Numbered from the stretch's first letter, positions 24,301-39,075 are shown. The stretch: DNA of 64,000 bases from Octopus vulgaris (GCA_951406725.2 OX597825.1:17670001-17734000); one strand, 5' to 3'. Notes: generated by a model from the letters alone, not told the origin. Numbers and translations: made by a program.

Positions 24301-27284
24301 ACACTAGTTGTAACATATTACCTTACAACAACAGAGTTATTTCCACATTACTGCCAATTCAGATTTCTCTGTATGTTTATTTGTCACGAGATTTGGCGAA
24401 ACGAGATTTTGAGTCAAAACCTGATAATTTCATTATCACAACCATAAACCTGATGTTGGTTTTTCCATTACTCATTATAATAAGGAAAGTCAAAAGAAAA
24501 GTAGGAGATTGTAGATGATCTGGGAATGTTTATTAATCGAGTTTATAATTTAATTTACGTTTTTATCATAGCAAACACATGTTAGAATATTTTGCTTTCT
24601 AAGAAACGGACAGTTTCGGTTGGAATGTTCATATACGACTTCGGACAGCTCACATAATATTTATCTATATACATGGTGCCAGTATATATTTGCGTTTCCT
24701 CTGTATCTTAAGAATTATTAACATTTTGTAGCATCTTCTGCTGCGTTTTGTCACGTTCTTGCCGAACTTTCCAAAATTATCCTATGAAATTCAGCGTTTC
24801 AAGTTTAACTTCTTTCTGATATATTGCTATAGCTCTAGGCATTTATTTGCTGATTATATACCGTCTTTGTTAGGAAGATAGGAAACTAACACGAAGTAAA
24901 ATATAAATATCTGTCACCAGGGTTGATATAAATTGAACATATCATTATTTCAAATTGATCTTCGACGAATATTAATTCTTTCTTTTTTCTTTGCTTTTCT
25001 TTTCTTTCATTTTCATTTGTTTTTTTTGTGCATTGCGAAAGCAAAATTCCCTATAATTTTAAAGTTGACGAATGTGATATTTTGACATTCATGTTTTTCC
25101 TAACGCAATTGGTTTGTAAGTGATATAAATAGGTACGGAGCAGATATCGAGATAACATGGCGGAATTTGCTTGTATAAGGCTTACGTTTACTAAACTGTG
25201 TTAGATATCCACAGAAATATTTGTTTCCTCTGACTAATCACAAAGCATTTCTTTATGGGAGAAGAGGTAAGTAGTGTTTCTCTCAACAAAGAGAACAAAT
25301 TAAGCGGGTTCAACTAAATTATTGCTTCATCGTCATTGAATATACGTTTCACTCGGATCTAATAGATTAGAAATGTTCTGCAGCATTAGAGTGTATGGAA
25401 TGCGTACATAAAAATGGGATTCCATTATCTTGTTCAAACTTTTGGTTTCGTTCTTTTATGGCTACATCAATGAAATACCTGTAAATTATGCAGAAGTACC
25501 AAGAGAATATATGGCAATTGACACGTGACCCTATGCGTTCTTGGAAAATATTTTTACATGCTTCATTTATAGAATCACACATGTGATACTAGATTAGGCT
25601 GGAATACACCAGAGAACTCTTCCAATCGATACTCCAAAGAACTGTGGCTTTGAATGCTTGAAATGATTCATGGCGATATATATTGATATCGCCATGATAT
25701 ATATTGATATCATGTCAAGTGGAATATTGCACAATGGACAAAGTTATCTTTACATTAATAAATATTTGTCATGATTGGAAGCACTATTAAAAATCACTTC
25801 TTATTTAAATCATTCTAGTCGAAAATATCTACCTAATTCATTTTTATAGTTAATTTTGTCTTTCTAGATCGAAATTTCCAAATGGTAATTTTATAAGATC
25901 AGGAGTAAAAATGTTTTCATTTAAAAATTCCGAGTATGTAAATAATAGTCAACTGAACGATTTAGTACAATCCATTTCCATTTACGTGTTCTTATTAACG
26001 ATTTATCTACGATTTATCCAAAAATTCCAGCTTGTATTACCAAATAATATCACGTAGATTCCAAGACCTTATTTAACGAAGAGTTTACATTTAACTTTAC
26101 ATTTCAGCTATCTGATACATCGAACACAAGTAAAAATCACGAATTTCTTTCTGATGACAAATAATTAAAGATTTTTGTGTGAAAGTGTATGTAGATAGAT
26201 ATTTCTTCGTTTCTCACAACGGTTTTGAAATATAGGGTTGCTGGAAAGCGTGAGAGCGTTTGAGATGATTTAATTTCCGGTAAAATGTGACTATAATGCA
26301 CAACTGAATTTGAAAAACACATTTATCGAAAAAGCAAGTTCTTGTGCTCAAATGAGGGGAATGTAAAAACATCTGCCTAGAAAGAACCATCATTCTTTAT
26401 TGAATATATATCGGAGATAATATTTCAAATTCCGAAACTGTTATTTTGAGACAAGCATGTGATTCACTCTACGGCGAGCAATATATGATCTTATTTGACC
26501 CCATTCAACTGTACGTGTGTTCTCGATTTTCTTTAACAATATGAACAGCTCTATTCATATAATTGCATTGATATTCTCTTTGGAGAGGGAGAGATCTTAA
26601 TATATTTCTTATCAAATGACAGTTGTGATTGTTATATGAAACTAAACTTTAGAAACCCCTGTCAATATTTATTATCATATTTTGATACATTAAAGGTTGT
26701 GATTATAACAGCTTTAGCGTACTTCATCAGTTGATATTGCATTGATCCATACGTTGATAGCAATCACAAATGTGTCTCTATGCCACTGAAGTTCAATTAT
26801 AAAAGCAAACTCTAGCAAGAAAGTCGAACGACTCTAATTGTTCATAGAAATATGCAGTGTTTCTTTCTCCTGTATATGCCCCTCTCAGTGAACCAGTGTT
26901 TATGGAGTTTGGAAGCATGTAAGCTACTAAAATGTTAGTTTATTTATATATTTTTGGTAAATATCATTTGAAATTTCGATGCATATTTGGAGCTTCATTA
27001 TACAACTAAATGAATATGATCATTCTATTTTTCTAAGATTGATTAATTATTCGCACATTGAATCAGTCAGCCAGGTCAGTCAGAGCTCTTTCGTCCACTT
27101 TCACGACTTCATCAATGCCATGCTTTCTCTATTCCGGGTGCTTCATTCAACACTGTGTACACATCGAGAATCTTGCAAACAAATACGAAAAAAAACATAA
27201 CATTTTCCATACACTATAAATTTTCCTAATATTAGAATTATACAATTAATCAACTGGATATTATTTTATTTTTCATATATCTAT

Positions 27285-27945
27285 CTTTTGCCTTATGTTT
27301 CTTTCAGTCATTAGACTGCAGCTATGCAGGATCACCACTGTGACGGATTTTAGTCGAAGGACTAAAGGCGGCAAGCTGGCAGAAACGTTAACACGCCGAG
27401 CAAAATACTTTGCGGTATTTCGTCCGCCGTTACGTTCTGAGTTCAAATTCTGCCGAGGACGACTTTGCCTTTCATCCTTTCGGGGTAGATAAATTAAGTA
27501 GCAGTTACGCACTGGAGTCGATATAATCGACTTAATCCGTTTGTCTGTCCTTGTTTGTCCCCTGTGTGTTTAGTCTCTTGTGGGTAGTAAAGAAATAGGT
27601 ATTTCGTCTGCCGTTACGTTCTGAGTTCAAATTACGCCGAGGACGACTTTGCTTTTCATCCTTTCGGGGTCAATGAATTAAGTACCAGTTACGCACTGGA
27701 GTGGATGTAATCGATTTAATCCCTTTGTCTGTCCTTGTCTGTTCCCTCTATGTTTAGCCCCTTGTGTGCAATAAAGAAATAGGATTTTAGTCGAAGGACT
27801 AGTGTGCAGTCGTCCTTTTTTAAAGCCACGAACTTATTCTATCTTTTGCCGAACTGCTATACTACGGGGACGTAGCCCCACGCAGTGGAACTGAAACCAT
27901 GCGGCTGGGAAGCAAACATTTTACTTCATAATCACGCCTGCGCCT
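27285..27945 (-). mobile_element. Old SINE-A split by the SINE-B dimer
   Basis: Tail remnant tttcagtcattagactgcagc at ~27302; head remnant cacgcagtggaactgaaaccatgcggctgggaagcaaac...cctgcgcct at 27880-27945. Confidence 0.7.
27365..27781 (+). mobile_element. SINE-B dimer flanked by a 20-bp TSD
   Basis: Units 27365-27597 and 27598-27781; ggattttagtcgaaggacta at 27345-27364 and 27782-27801. Confidence 0.93.
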
Positions 27946-28707
27946 ATCACATATTTATGTATTTGAACGCAAACGTATAACCAAGAAGATTTAAATGTAA
28001 ATATGCATATAACCAGCTGGTCATGTATACCAATATTATATAATATACGAAAATTACATCTGATATCATGTTTGAATGTCAGCGCTTGTGTGTGGCTCTA
28101 ATAACTTTCAAACGATATTTGACATTTGATTAAATAGATACAATCTTTTCTGCCAAAGTCAGTCTTTCCTATTATTACATTAAGAAAATAATAAAAGGAA
28201 AACAGCTCACTGATAATTATATTTCCTTTTAATTAGTTTTAATAATTTTCTTCACATTTAAAACTACACCATTAGTTTCCTTTCAGCGTTTTCCTATAAA
28301 TATGTTTACAGTTTATCAATTCATTTTTCAAATAGATAATTAGATTATTAATTATTGCGAGAATAAATTAATACTTTCTCTGAACATTTGATATCTAAAT
28401 TCTATGAATATTTTCAATATTTAATTTAACCTCCATAATACCTCGATTGGTCTGGTGACATGAGCGAAATCATTGTTTTCCGATTCAAAAATGACGGCTC
28501 GTTTTAACAGAATCTAGCTTTTTGTTTTCATCAACCACACACACACACACACGCACACACACACACACGCGCACACGCACAAACAAATAAGAAAAAAACG
28601 TGTACAATTGAAAATATATTGTTGAATATATACCATGTGTGAAAAATTTATTCAGCTATATACAAGTATTAACTGCATAGAACCGTACTATGCTACGGGT
28701 AGCCATC

Positions 28708-28708
<1 letters not shown>

Positions 28709-28756
<48 letters not shown>

Positions 28757-29047
28757 CAGAAATGTAGTAGTAGTAGTAGCAGTAGTAGTAGTAGTAGTAG
28801 TAATAGTAGTTGTAGTAGCAATAGTAGTAGTGGTGTTAGTGGTGATCGGCGTGGTGGTAGTATTAGTTGTAGTAATAATAGTAGTAATAGTAGAAGTGGT
28901 GGTAGTGGTGATCGATGTGGTGATGATGTTGGTGGTAGTAGTGGTGATGATAGCGGTGGTGGTGGTGGTGTTGGTCTTGGTGGTGGTGGTGGTGGTGGTG
29001 GTGGTGGTGGTGGTGGTGGTGGTGATAGTAGTAATAGTAGTAGTAGT
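28709..29047. repeat. (TAG)/(GGT)n low-complexity tract
   Basis: Direct read; gives the poly-S/V ORF. Confidence 0.93.
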
Positions 29048-29683
29048 TGCTGTTGTATTTACTGTAATTGTATGTAGCAATGGGCTGCAAAATCCACCAT
29101 TTTTCGGAGATTCCCTACTTGTGATGTATGATGCCTTTGTACCACTCAGCCGACAACCCTCCAGCTCATGGCTCTGTGTGCGTAATCATTCCTAGTAAGG
29201 TTTTTATGAGATCCGAATGTAAATCCCAACTCAACCTCTTTTAGTTACACTTTACGACACGGAGAGGAAACACTGTCTATTTCTCTTCTTTTTTTTTTTT
29301 TTGACATGGTGATCCCCACACAGCACTAGTGCAACGTGAATGATGTGTTCTTCTGAAGAACACAGCACGCCGTGCGGCTTGAGAATCGATCCGGTCATCT
29401 CGAGATTTTGAGTACAATACTCAAACCACTAGACTTCATCCCCTCACATGCGAAAATCAACATGATCAAATGTAATAGATAGTGAAACACAATTGATCCA
29501 CAGAAAGTAACCTTGTTACATACTTTATCGAGTAACCCGTCAGGCAGTGTTTCTTTTTATAGAGTGATGTGTAGGTTTTCTAGCTTACTGGTTTACTGCC
29601 GTGGTTAGTTTGGTAGTGGATGTAAGTGTTTGTTACAATAGCATCAAAAACATACGTACTTTTGAAACCAAATGAGACAAATG

Positions 29684-30091
29684 GGTGCAAGAGTGGCTGT
29701 GTGGTAAGTAGCTTGTTTACCAACCACATAGTTCCGGGTTCAGTCCCACGGCGTGGTACCTTGGGCAAGTGTTTTCTACTATAGCCTCGGGCCGACCAAA
29801 GCCTTGTGAGTGGATTTGATAGATGGAAACTGAAAGAAGCCTGTCGTATATATGTATATATATATATGCGTGTGTGTTTGTGTGTCTGTGTTTGTCCCCC
29901 TAGCATGGCTTGACAACCGATGCTGGTGTGTTTATGTCCCCGTTACCTAGCGGTTCGGCAAAAGAGACCGATAGAATAAGTACTGGGCTTAAAAAAGAAT
30001 AAGTCCCGGGGTCGAGTTGCTCGATCAAAGGAAGTGCTCCAGTATGGCCGCAGTCAAATGACTGAAACAAGTAAAAGAGTAAAAGAGTAAA
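29684..30091 (+). mobile_element. Full-length SINE-A
   Basis: Collinear with the 21241 and 44512 copies. Confidence 0.93.
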
Positions 30092-30535
30092 GTCTATTCC
30101 CGAAAGGGAAACCGATTCATTTGATTCATACCAGCTTTGAAGAATAAGACAGATTCCTCACTGTATTACCGTTTTCCTTGAAACGAATGTTTTGTTTAAC
30201 AAACCTTAAATGCGATAGATGCCACTGGTGTACGCTCATTAAACATATCTTTTTTTTTAATGGGTGATATACAGAAAGTGCATATCGGCGAAAATGAATT
30301 GACCAATAGCGAATCTCAGTAATGATATCGAATGAGCAACAGAGAAAACACACGAGATATTTAAAAAGACATTCATTTTTCGATCACTCATTTTCAATGT
30401 AATCATTTAGTGATAATATAGAAAGTCCTTAATGCACGTAATAAAATATGTATCGAATTCAATGTTCGAGATAGTGAACATACATAACATAGCAACAGAC
30501 ATATATATATAAAGATATATATATATATACATATA

Positions 30536-30605
<70 letters not shown>

Positions 30606-30617
30606 ATATATATATAC

Positions 30618-30671
<54 letters not shown>

Positions 30672-30759
30672 TAATACACACACATATATATGTATAACTA
30701 TATAAATATATCTATATGTATACCTATATAACATATAAATGTACACACACAGAGACATG

Positions 30760-30810
<51 letters not shown>

Positions 30811-31234
30811 GATTGAGACAACATTTTATTTGATGCAATCAAAGTGGAAAATAGAATTTTATAGATCGGTGAGAGTTAGGCTTATGTGTTTATTTCTTTT
30901 TCGTTCGTGAAATAAAAGTCCAGACGATATGGAACCAAAATTTGTAACAAGCAAGTAACTCGGTAGCGTTCCAATCAGCTCACATTGAACAAACCAGACA
31001 TCATTAACAATTTATATAAACAACTGAATAAATTTATACATTCTCCTACACACATGCACATTCGGATATTTGTGCAAACGCACGAATGACACACGCACAC
31101 GAAACCACATACGTGCATATGTCTACACAGCTCTGTGTGTGTATATATGTACGCATTATATATATATATGTATATATGTATGTATATATATATGTATATA
31201 CTTATAAATATATATATGTGTATATATATATATG

Positions 31235-31371
<137 letters not shown>

Positions 31372-31967
31372 TTGTGAATCTGTATATATGTATGCGTGAA
31401 CTGAAAGCCAAATAGGTATATGTATTTAAAATGAAATTCAAATATATGATACAAATTTCGATAAATGCTGAATTTATCGAATACGCCATTCTGTAATCTT
31501 CTCTGACACACGGACACAGACACACACACAACATACGAACGTAGACATACCTATCTGCATATATATGTGTGTGTGTGTATATATTTGTTTGTGTGTGTGT
31601 GCGTGCGTCTATACATTCGTGTATTCATTGTGTGTATGGTCGTACATGTACGTGTGATTTTATAAAAACTCATATCACACCAAGACAGTTTCCACGTACA
31701 TTCATAATCTTAGATAAAGAGACAGCTAATAAAATCTGGGAACAACTAGAAGATATAGTATTTCGTGTGAAACTAATTCGTTGATTAGAAAATTCTTAAA
31801 TATGGTATTTAAAACGTATCTCCAATCCTGAGTGCTGTGTGTGGAAGACGCATGTTCTGGTGTTCATTTTCGAAAATTATGAAGAATTTGTACTCTAAGA
31901 AAATAGTTCTGTATTCAGTGATATGCAACCTTTCTGTAATCACATTACAGTCTTTAACTTCATAATG

Positions 31968-32385
31968 TAGCGGTGAGCTGCTTGAATCGTTAAAGCGTCG
32001 AAACAAAAGGTTTCGCGTTATTTCTCTCGAATTTTTGCACACGAGCTTTCCCGATGTGAACTTTGCTTTTCATCATTTCGGAGTCAAAAATACATAGACT
32101 AGATGGGTACTAGATTGTGGTGAAATCAATTTGAATCCTCGCCTTTACTGTGCCAATGCTTGAAACTAATTGGAGAACACCTAATTGTGGGGAGGCGCCA
32201 GACACGCTAATGCATCTGAAAAATTATTTGCGATGGTTCTTCTCTCTCTTTACGATTTAAACACAAACTCTGCCAAGGCCAGATTTGATTTTCCTCCTTT
32301 CGTTGTGATTTAAATAAAATTGCATCAGCTACTGAAGTCGATGCAAACGATTTATCCCTTTCACCGATTTTCAGACATTGTGTTT
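31968..32385 (+). mobile_element. Two degraded old SINE-B copies
   Basis: gcggtgagctgcttgaatcgtta head; actttgcttttcatcatttcggagtc core; second core remnant near 32270-32350. Confidence 0.5.
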
Positions 32386-32396
32386 CAATTACAAAT

Positions 32397-32788
32397 GGGA
32401 TGGATGGATGGAAGCACTCCGTCGGTTACGACGATGAGGCTTCCGGTTGATCCGAATCAACGGAACAGCCTGCTTGTGAAATTAACGTGTAAGTGGCTGA
32501 GCACTCCACAGACACGTGCACCCTTAACGTAGTTCTCGGGGGTATTCAGCGTGACACAGAGTGACAAGGCCGGGCCTTGAAATACAGGTACAGCAGAAAC
32601 AGGAAGTAAGAGTGAGAGAAAGTTGTGGTGAAAGAGTACAGCAGGGATCACCACCATCGCCTGCCGGAGCCTCGTGGAGCTTTTAGGTGTTTTCGCTCAA
32701 TAAACACTCACAACGCCCAGTCTGGGAATCGAAACAGCGATCCTATGACCGCGAGTCCGCTGCCCTAGCCACTGGGCCATTGCGCCTC
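32397..32788 (-). mobile_element. Full-length SINE-C with TSD
   Basis: Reverse complement of the 58507 copy; caattacaaat duplicated at 32386-32396 and 32789-32799. Confidence 0.93.
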
Positions 32789-32999
32789 CAATTACAAATA
32801 TATTATAGTACACATAAAAATGCGGATATCATGGTTGTATTTAGGGTGGGTGATTATATCAATAAAAATTCAAATAGACACAGGCACTGGTGTAGTACTT
32901 CTTTATTTTATCAACTAATTATCCAATGGATTGTACCGTAATCAATTGCTTGTCAATTATCTAAGCGTCCTTTCTCCTCTATTCGCGACCTCATTGATG

Positions 33000-33300
33000 A
33001 CGCCTTCACATTTCAAGGTGTCATAATTTGTTTGAAGCTTATTTTGGTGCTACATGGATCATCTACGTTTAAAAAAATATCCCAGTCGGTGCACTTCTTC
33101 TAATGATAGGAAATATGTTGCCTGAGGATTAAAGAATAAACTGAAATCCAGGGAACCAACACCCGATTGCTTAAAATAATCAGAATTTATAGAATACACA
33201 TTTTACTGTTCCACATATGCCACTACGTCCACTACGAAGGCCCAGGACATGGACCATTGGATTACCTCCTCTCCCATATCTTTTCTTGAAGTTATCGAAT
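33000..33300 (-). mobile_element. Possible very degraded Merlin/IS1016-like transposase remnant
   Basis: Minus strand KKRYGRG...HVLG (cf. KRKY.RG...WVFG), then HISYH*KKC (cf. I.SD.W..Y); weak. Confidence 0.25.
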
Positions 33301-33441
33301 TGCAGCAGTTTAAAATGAATATTAAATGCAACATACTCGGTCTCAACATACTCAGATAAGGGTATGAACAAGCATAGGGTACTGCCATTTTTCTTCAAAA
33401 TTAGGAACTAAATAAACACATATATACACATGTATATATAC

Positions 33442-33500
<59 letters not shown>

Positions 33501-33569
33501 ATATATATATATACACATATATATATATATATATGCATAAATATATATATATATACATACATACATACA

Positions 33570-33631
<62 letters not shown>

Positions 33632-34630
33632 CATATATATGTGTGTACATGTCTGTGTGCGTGTGCGTGAGTGTGTGTACATATGTATGTTTGCAATTAG
33701 AGACAGAGAGTGTGAGATAAAGATGTGTTTAAGCTTTAGTCAATGTTTTGTACAACTGCGAAGTAATTTACTGAAACCGTATAAGAATAAGATAACAAAC
33801 CAAAGTTGATGGGGAAATAAGATTGGAAATCAAGTTCTATATCGTATATATATATTTATTGTTATTTTAGGAAGACATCTCACGACGATTCTCTAGAGTA
33901 AGAGACGAACATTAGGAAAACATTTCACAAAGGAGAAATTTACCCGTGTGGTGATGAATGTTGATTTACTGAAATGGTTAGCTATTCTTAGCGTCCATAT
34001 TTGTTGACAGTCAGGTTGCTGAAACAGAAGCAGTCGAAAATATTCGCGTGACAGAAGAAAATCATTTGTAGTCATGCTTCGTTGATTATGACTGTATCTA
34101 TCAAATTCTAAAGTCTTTACTTCTAAATCACATCTTATCTCTCGGACATCTCACCAGCTACAGATCTCTGTTCACTGTTAAATTGGTAGGGAAGCGAATT
34201 GCAACTTTGTGCGTACAGACTTGAATATTTTCGTGTGTTAGAGTAATATATTTAGAATGTTTAGAAAATATATTTTTTGTGTAAATTCGAATTTGGCAAC
34301 GAATATCTTAACAAAATGTCCATAGCAGTCCTAGAATTTCTATATGAAGTATATGACACGATTTCCAAGTGAGTGACTTATCTTCCCCATTTTGACTAGT
34401 TCTTGGGGTACGTCCAGGAATGTCCGTGTTATCTTATACTGTTCAAACATCCTGACAACAGAGACCCAACTATATAATTGGCATGTATATTGAATTTAAC
34501 TGACAGGCTGACTGTCGGAAATACTTCTTTCGTCGATTGGCTTTCATAGTTTGGTCACCGTAATAGAAAGAAATAGTCATGTTTTTTTTATGACTACACC
34601 CACTACAGTCGACTCCCTCTGTGGGCATCA

Positions 34631-34740
34631 AGCCCCTTCCTAGCACGCCCTTCCTAGCAGGCACTACTCCTTGTTCTTTTGACCTAGACTCCCTCAGCCC
34701 CTTCCTAGCAGGCACTACTCCTTGTGCTTTTGGCCTTAGA
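34631..34740. repeat. Short GC-richer tandem duplication (~51-bp unit)
   Basis: cccttcctagcaggcactactccttgt occurs twice, gcccttcctagca-like motif three times. Confidence 0.8.
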
Positions 34741-35179
34741 TATACAATTATTTGTTAAACTAGCCTTTAATTTAAAAGTGGCCCCATAAAACAGTAACAA
34801 ACAAAATCTTCAACATGTCTTTCTTCCTGATACCTTAGTAGCTTCAAAGCTGAAGTGAAGACTGTATGTTCTTTGCCTATCTCCATACATTCTTGAAGAT
34901 TATAGGTAAAATTATACTAATTTGTCCATCTCTTTTAATTTAATTAAATAGTTCCAGTTAGAATGGAGTGTCTATATTATTGTCAAATTTCATGCAGATC
35001 ATATATATATGTGTGTGTGTGTGTGTAACATCGAAATATTTAAACTTGGTTGCAAATATTGAAATCTTATGTTTCACATACGAAAAATTTGTTGGAATCA
35101 GATTATGAATTTAATTAGATATAAGCCCATTAACAGCAGATTATTATTGACGCTGTGAAAAAATTATTATGGTATTTAC

Positions 35180-37274
35180 TAGAGGAGTTGAAAGGTATAT
35201 AAATAAATCAAATTTGCTTATACGAATAATGTTAGATCTTGTTATTTCAGGACATTATTATTCAAGGTGAGTCGTGAAATGCAGCCGGAGGAATATAATT
35301 TGTTTGAGTCGAACGTACACCCACAACTAACGACATTTATGTATGCCATACCTATCCGTTTCTTGTAACACATTGGGAATATTCCCAGTTATCTAAGCTG
35401 CGATTAGACATGTTGCTGAGGAGGAATCACGAGTTCCAACCGATTATTTTAAGGTAGCATTAGATTAATAACAGAATAGCTAATTTTGATTCTGATGCTA
35501 TCTAAGTAGTTGATGGTTCAGCTTGATAACATAGTCTGTCTGGTATATAAATATTTGATCTTGATGGGATTTAAAAGTATTAATATCTACAGCAAGTAGT
35601 ACATTGCAATAATGCTTGTTGGAAGATATGATTTTCAGATATGAAGAATACAAATCAGGTGAATAGTTCCACTTTCACTAACTCACAGCTCTATCATATA
35701 AATCCGATCCAACAATACGTAGTCGCTCATCAAATACTCATCCTCACCCATGCCTCACTCGATCGTCTTAAAGTGAGGAAAGAAAGCAATATAACTGAAG
35801 CTCAGACATTGAGAGACAAAATGGACTGCACTGAAATTGATCTAAAGTCTAAAATCTCAAATTTAAGTCTTGTACGGGTTAACAGTAAAGATAGATGCTA
35901 GGAAAACGTTCTGAAATCTTATCAGCATACATATGACGAATTTGAACTGGATACCAGGAATATACCGTAAATCCTCAAGTATAATCCGCATTTTTCCCCA
36001 AAATTTAATCGTCATAATCCCCTGTGCGTAATATATACGAGGTTAAAAAGGAAAATTATTTTCTTAGCAATGTCCAAGTCTCTATTTGCTATCTGGCAAT
36101 GTTTATTCAGCTGCATTTTGTGATGATGGGTGCGAAAATACCTTAAGCTAAGCCTGAAAGCAATGAAGTCATAAAAGAATCATCCATAACTTGCAGTAAG
36201 CAACATATATTAAACGTTATTACTGTTATTTCTATATTTTCTGCAAACAAAATGCACCAAAACGCTACACGTTTGCATTATGTTATATATACAATCATAT
36301 TAAAGGACGCTACCGTATATATATTTACAAACCAAGGACGTTATATAGACCTCCTTGACTCAAGTTAGAGAAGGGGTGCGTATTATACACAAGGTTTAGG
36401 TTTTTCAGAGTTACAGCCCCCTAAAAATCCCCTGCGTGTTATACTTAAGGGCGGACAAGACTCGAGGATTTACGGTATGTGAAATTAGACGATAAAAGAA
36501 TGACAAATGGAACACATAAGAAAATCATTCACGATGAAAATCTTGCATCAACCTCAGAGGAGACTCATTTTTACAAGAGAAGAATTTTGTTCAAAACTTC
36601 CATTTCATTTTATATGGTTGCTTATCACCTTACCAAAACACAGGATAGCCTATCAATAAGTGATTGACAAGTTCAAAGTTATAATGAACTTATGTAATTT
36701 ACTTGACGCAGAGATAAGAACAGAACCTAAGGAATTTATCGCCACTTACTTCTGTGGTTTGCAGCATTTTATAAGCTAAGATCATGTTTCACCCCATCTT
36801 TATAGGCATTTTTAATCATATAATGAAGGGTTGTTGAAACCTTTCCAGCTGTTGGTGTAACATTTGGAATATGTTCAAGCATGATGACTACTAATTGTTC
36901 AATGATAAAAACTTATCCAAGAACGACTACGACGTATGAAAGACTAAGGTCTCAGTGCCTTTTAGATGTCGAATTAACTATTCTAAAACCGATACAGTTT
37001 GAAGAAATCATAAAAAAAATATTCAGATACCATGCGTAGAAAAAAATGTGTTTTTGTATGTATTTAAGTAGTATAGTGTATTAAGTTGGTACAATTTGCT
37101 GAACTTATTTTAAATGACAAAATTTTGCATTAACAGAGGCATTTAACTTTTCTATGAACTAGCTTCAATGAAATACAATAAGCATTTCAATTCTTCGAGG
37201 ATTTAAATTACTCTGTATAAGGGGCCACCGAACTTAAAGTCCCCAGAGCATCCCAAGCTTCAAATCCGACACTG
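35180..37274 (+). mobile_element. Decayed hAT (Tip100-like) transposon; left end not found
   Basis: Dimerisation-domain remnant ETFP...TNCS..IKTYPRTTTTYERL..LLDVE..L..IQFEEIIK at ~36835-37020; terminus ggggccacc...aaatccgacactg. Confidence 0.55.
35965..36475. mobile_element. Tc2/pogo-type MITE nested in the hAT relic
   Basis: TA TSD; TIRs ccgtaaatcctcaagtataatccgc / gcggacaagactcgaggatttacgg; sub-terminal tgcgtattatac repeats. Confidence 0.85.
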
Positions 37275-38799
37275 AGTTAAGGCGAATAGCATCTAGTCTC
37301 CTTGGATGTGTTCGTGTTTCATATTCGTCGCGTGATTCTTATTAAATAACAGTGTCCCAGTAAGGCAATATCCTCTGTTTGAAAATGATTAAAGAATAAT
37401 GTGTGTGTACGTGTGCATGTACACCTACAAATAAATATATATGTATTTATATTTATGTATACATATACGTAAATATATATATATGTAGATAGATATAGAT
37501 ATGTATGTTTACATATATACATACACGTGTATATACATGCATACGCACATGCACCTATACAGTCAAACAATAAATAATAGGGTTATTATATGAGAAACTA
37601 ACGTTATTTTTTTAATGAGAATCTATTAATTTGAACATCAAAATTACGTTTCTCTTTATTTAAATATCGCCTCTTTATTTATATCAACATTTTAACCGAG
37701 GAGGAACTCAGTGTTGCAGTGTAAAACACTTTTCAAATTCGAGATGATTTACCTCATAATTTTGAATTTTAATCGCTTCACTAGTAATTTATTACTGATA
37801 ATAATTGCAACAACTTCAAAAAAATATTTTCTTCGCCGTCACATTTTCTCCGATATTTTGGCAGTTTTGGAGAGAAAATTTATTTTTACACAAGATTGTT
37901 TTATTTTATTTCAGATGTGTTGGTTATAATAAATGGTATTCAGTGAAGTGAATTATACAATTTTATTTCTCTTCTACTTCTTAGGTAGAAATTGCATATT
38001 TGCAAAGAAAACACAGTTCAACTACTTTAAAGTGATGTCATTTATCTTGCATAAAGTAATATATGTATAGTTCATGCTGAAGCCCTCAATCAATATTAAA
38101 ATATACGCATGTTACTGTATAACTTTATAAGATGGATCTCTTGTGAGATAGAAAGTTTCACACAACGCACACAACGTATTATTGAAAGCAATCGATGAAA
38201 AATTTTGTTCCGTGGAGAATGCGGTTGAAGGTTCATTTTGTACTCATTTTGTTCAGTACTTTACCCTGTACGACTTGTTATAAGCATGTACAACCACCTT
38301 ATTTCTCTCATTCAGTAATGAAAATGAACCAATTGAAAATTTGCTTCAGCACGAAAGTGTTGAATTAACATGGCGTCATTAAAATTTTGCTTTAACAATT
38401 GGAAGATATGCTGAACGTTGTATTATCAAGTGAGTGAAAGCTGAAGTTCAATCGCATTCAGGTCACAGTCAGCAAAGTGCTTCATTGAGCATATATATGA
38501 ATATCACTTGCTGTTGTTCAGCCTACATTATACTGAATCCATTAAGCGTCTTTAAGAACACGTTGAGCTCCAGCACTAGATATCATAAGAAAGCAAGGAG
38601 ATATGGACAGCAAAGGAACCTTAGAACTATCCAGGCATGAATAGCTGACATATCTTATTCAGGAAGATACTGTGTTTGTCCGTATGTCACAAGCAAACAA
38701 TCAATCGTCTTCAATTGCATTCATAATGTAATATCTTATCTAGAATCTTTGTAGGAAAAATAAAACATCCTCATTTACTAACATGTGCACAGATACATG

Positions 38800-38987
38800 C
38801 ACAGGTTTTGCTCAGCGATAAGATGCTTGCTCCACAATCACATGTTTCCAGGTTCAGTTCCATAGTGTGGCACCTTCGGCATGTGTCTTCTACAATAGCC
38901 TCATACCAACCAAAGACTTTTCAGTGGGTTTGTTTGACAGAAACTGAAAGAAACCCACCATACATACCTATATGTGTATATCTATAC

Positions 38988-39075
<88 letters not shown>

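Noticed and set aside
28635-29195. 186-aa poly-S/poly-V ORF that looks like a membrane protein
   Set aside because: Trinucleotide low-complexity tract with no domain signal.
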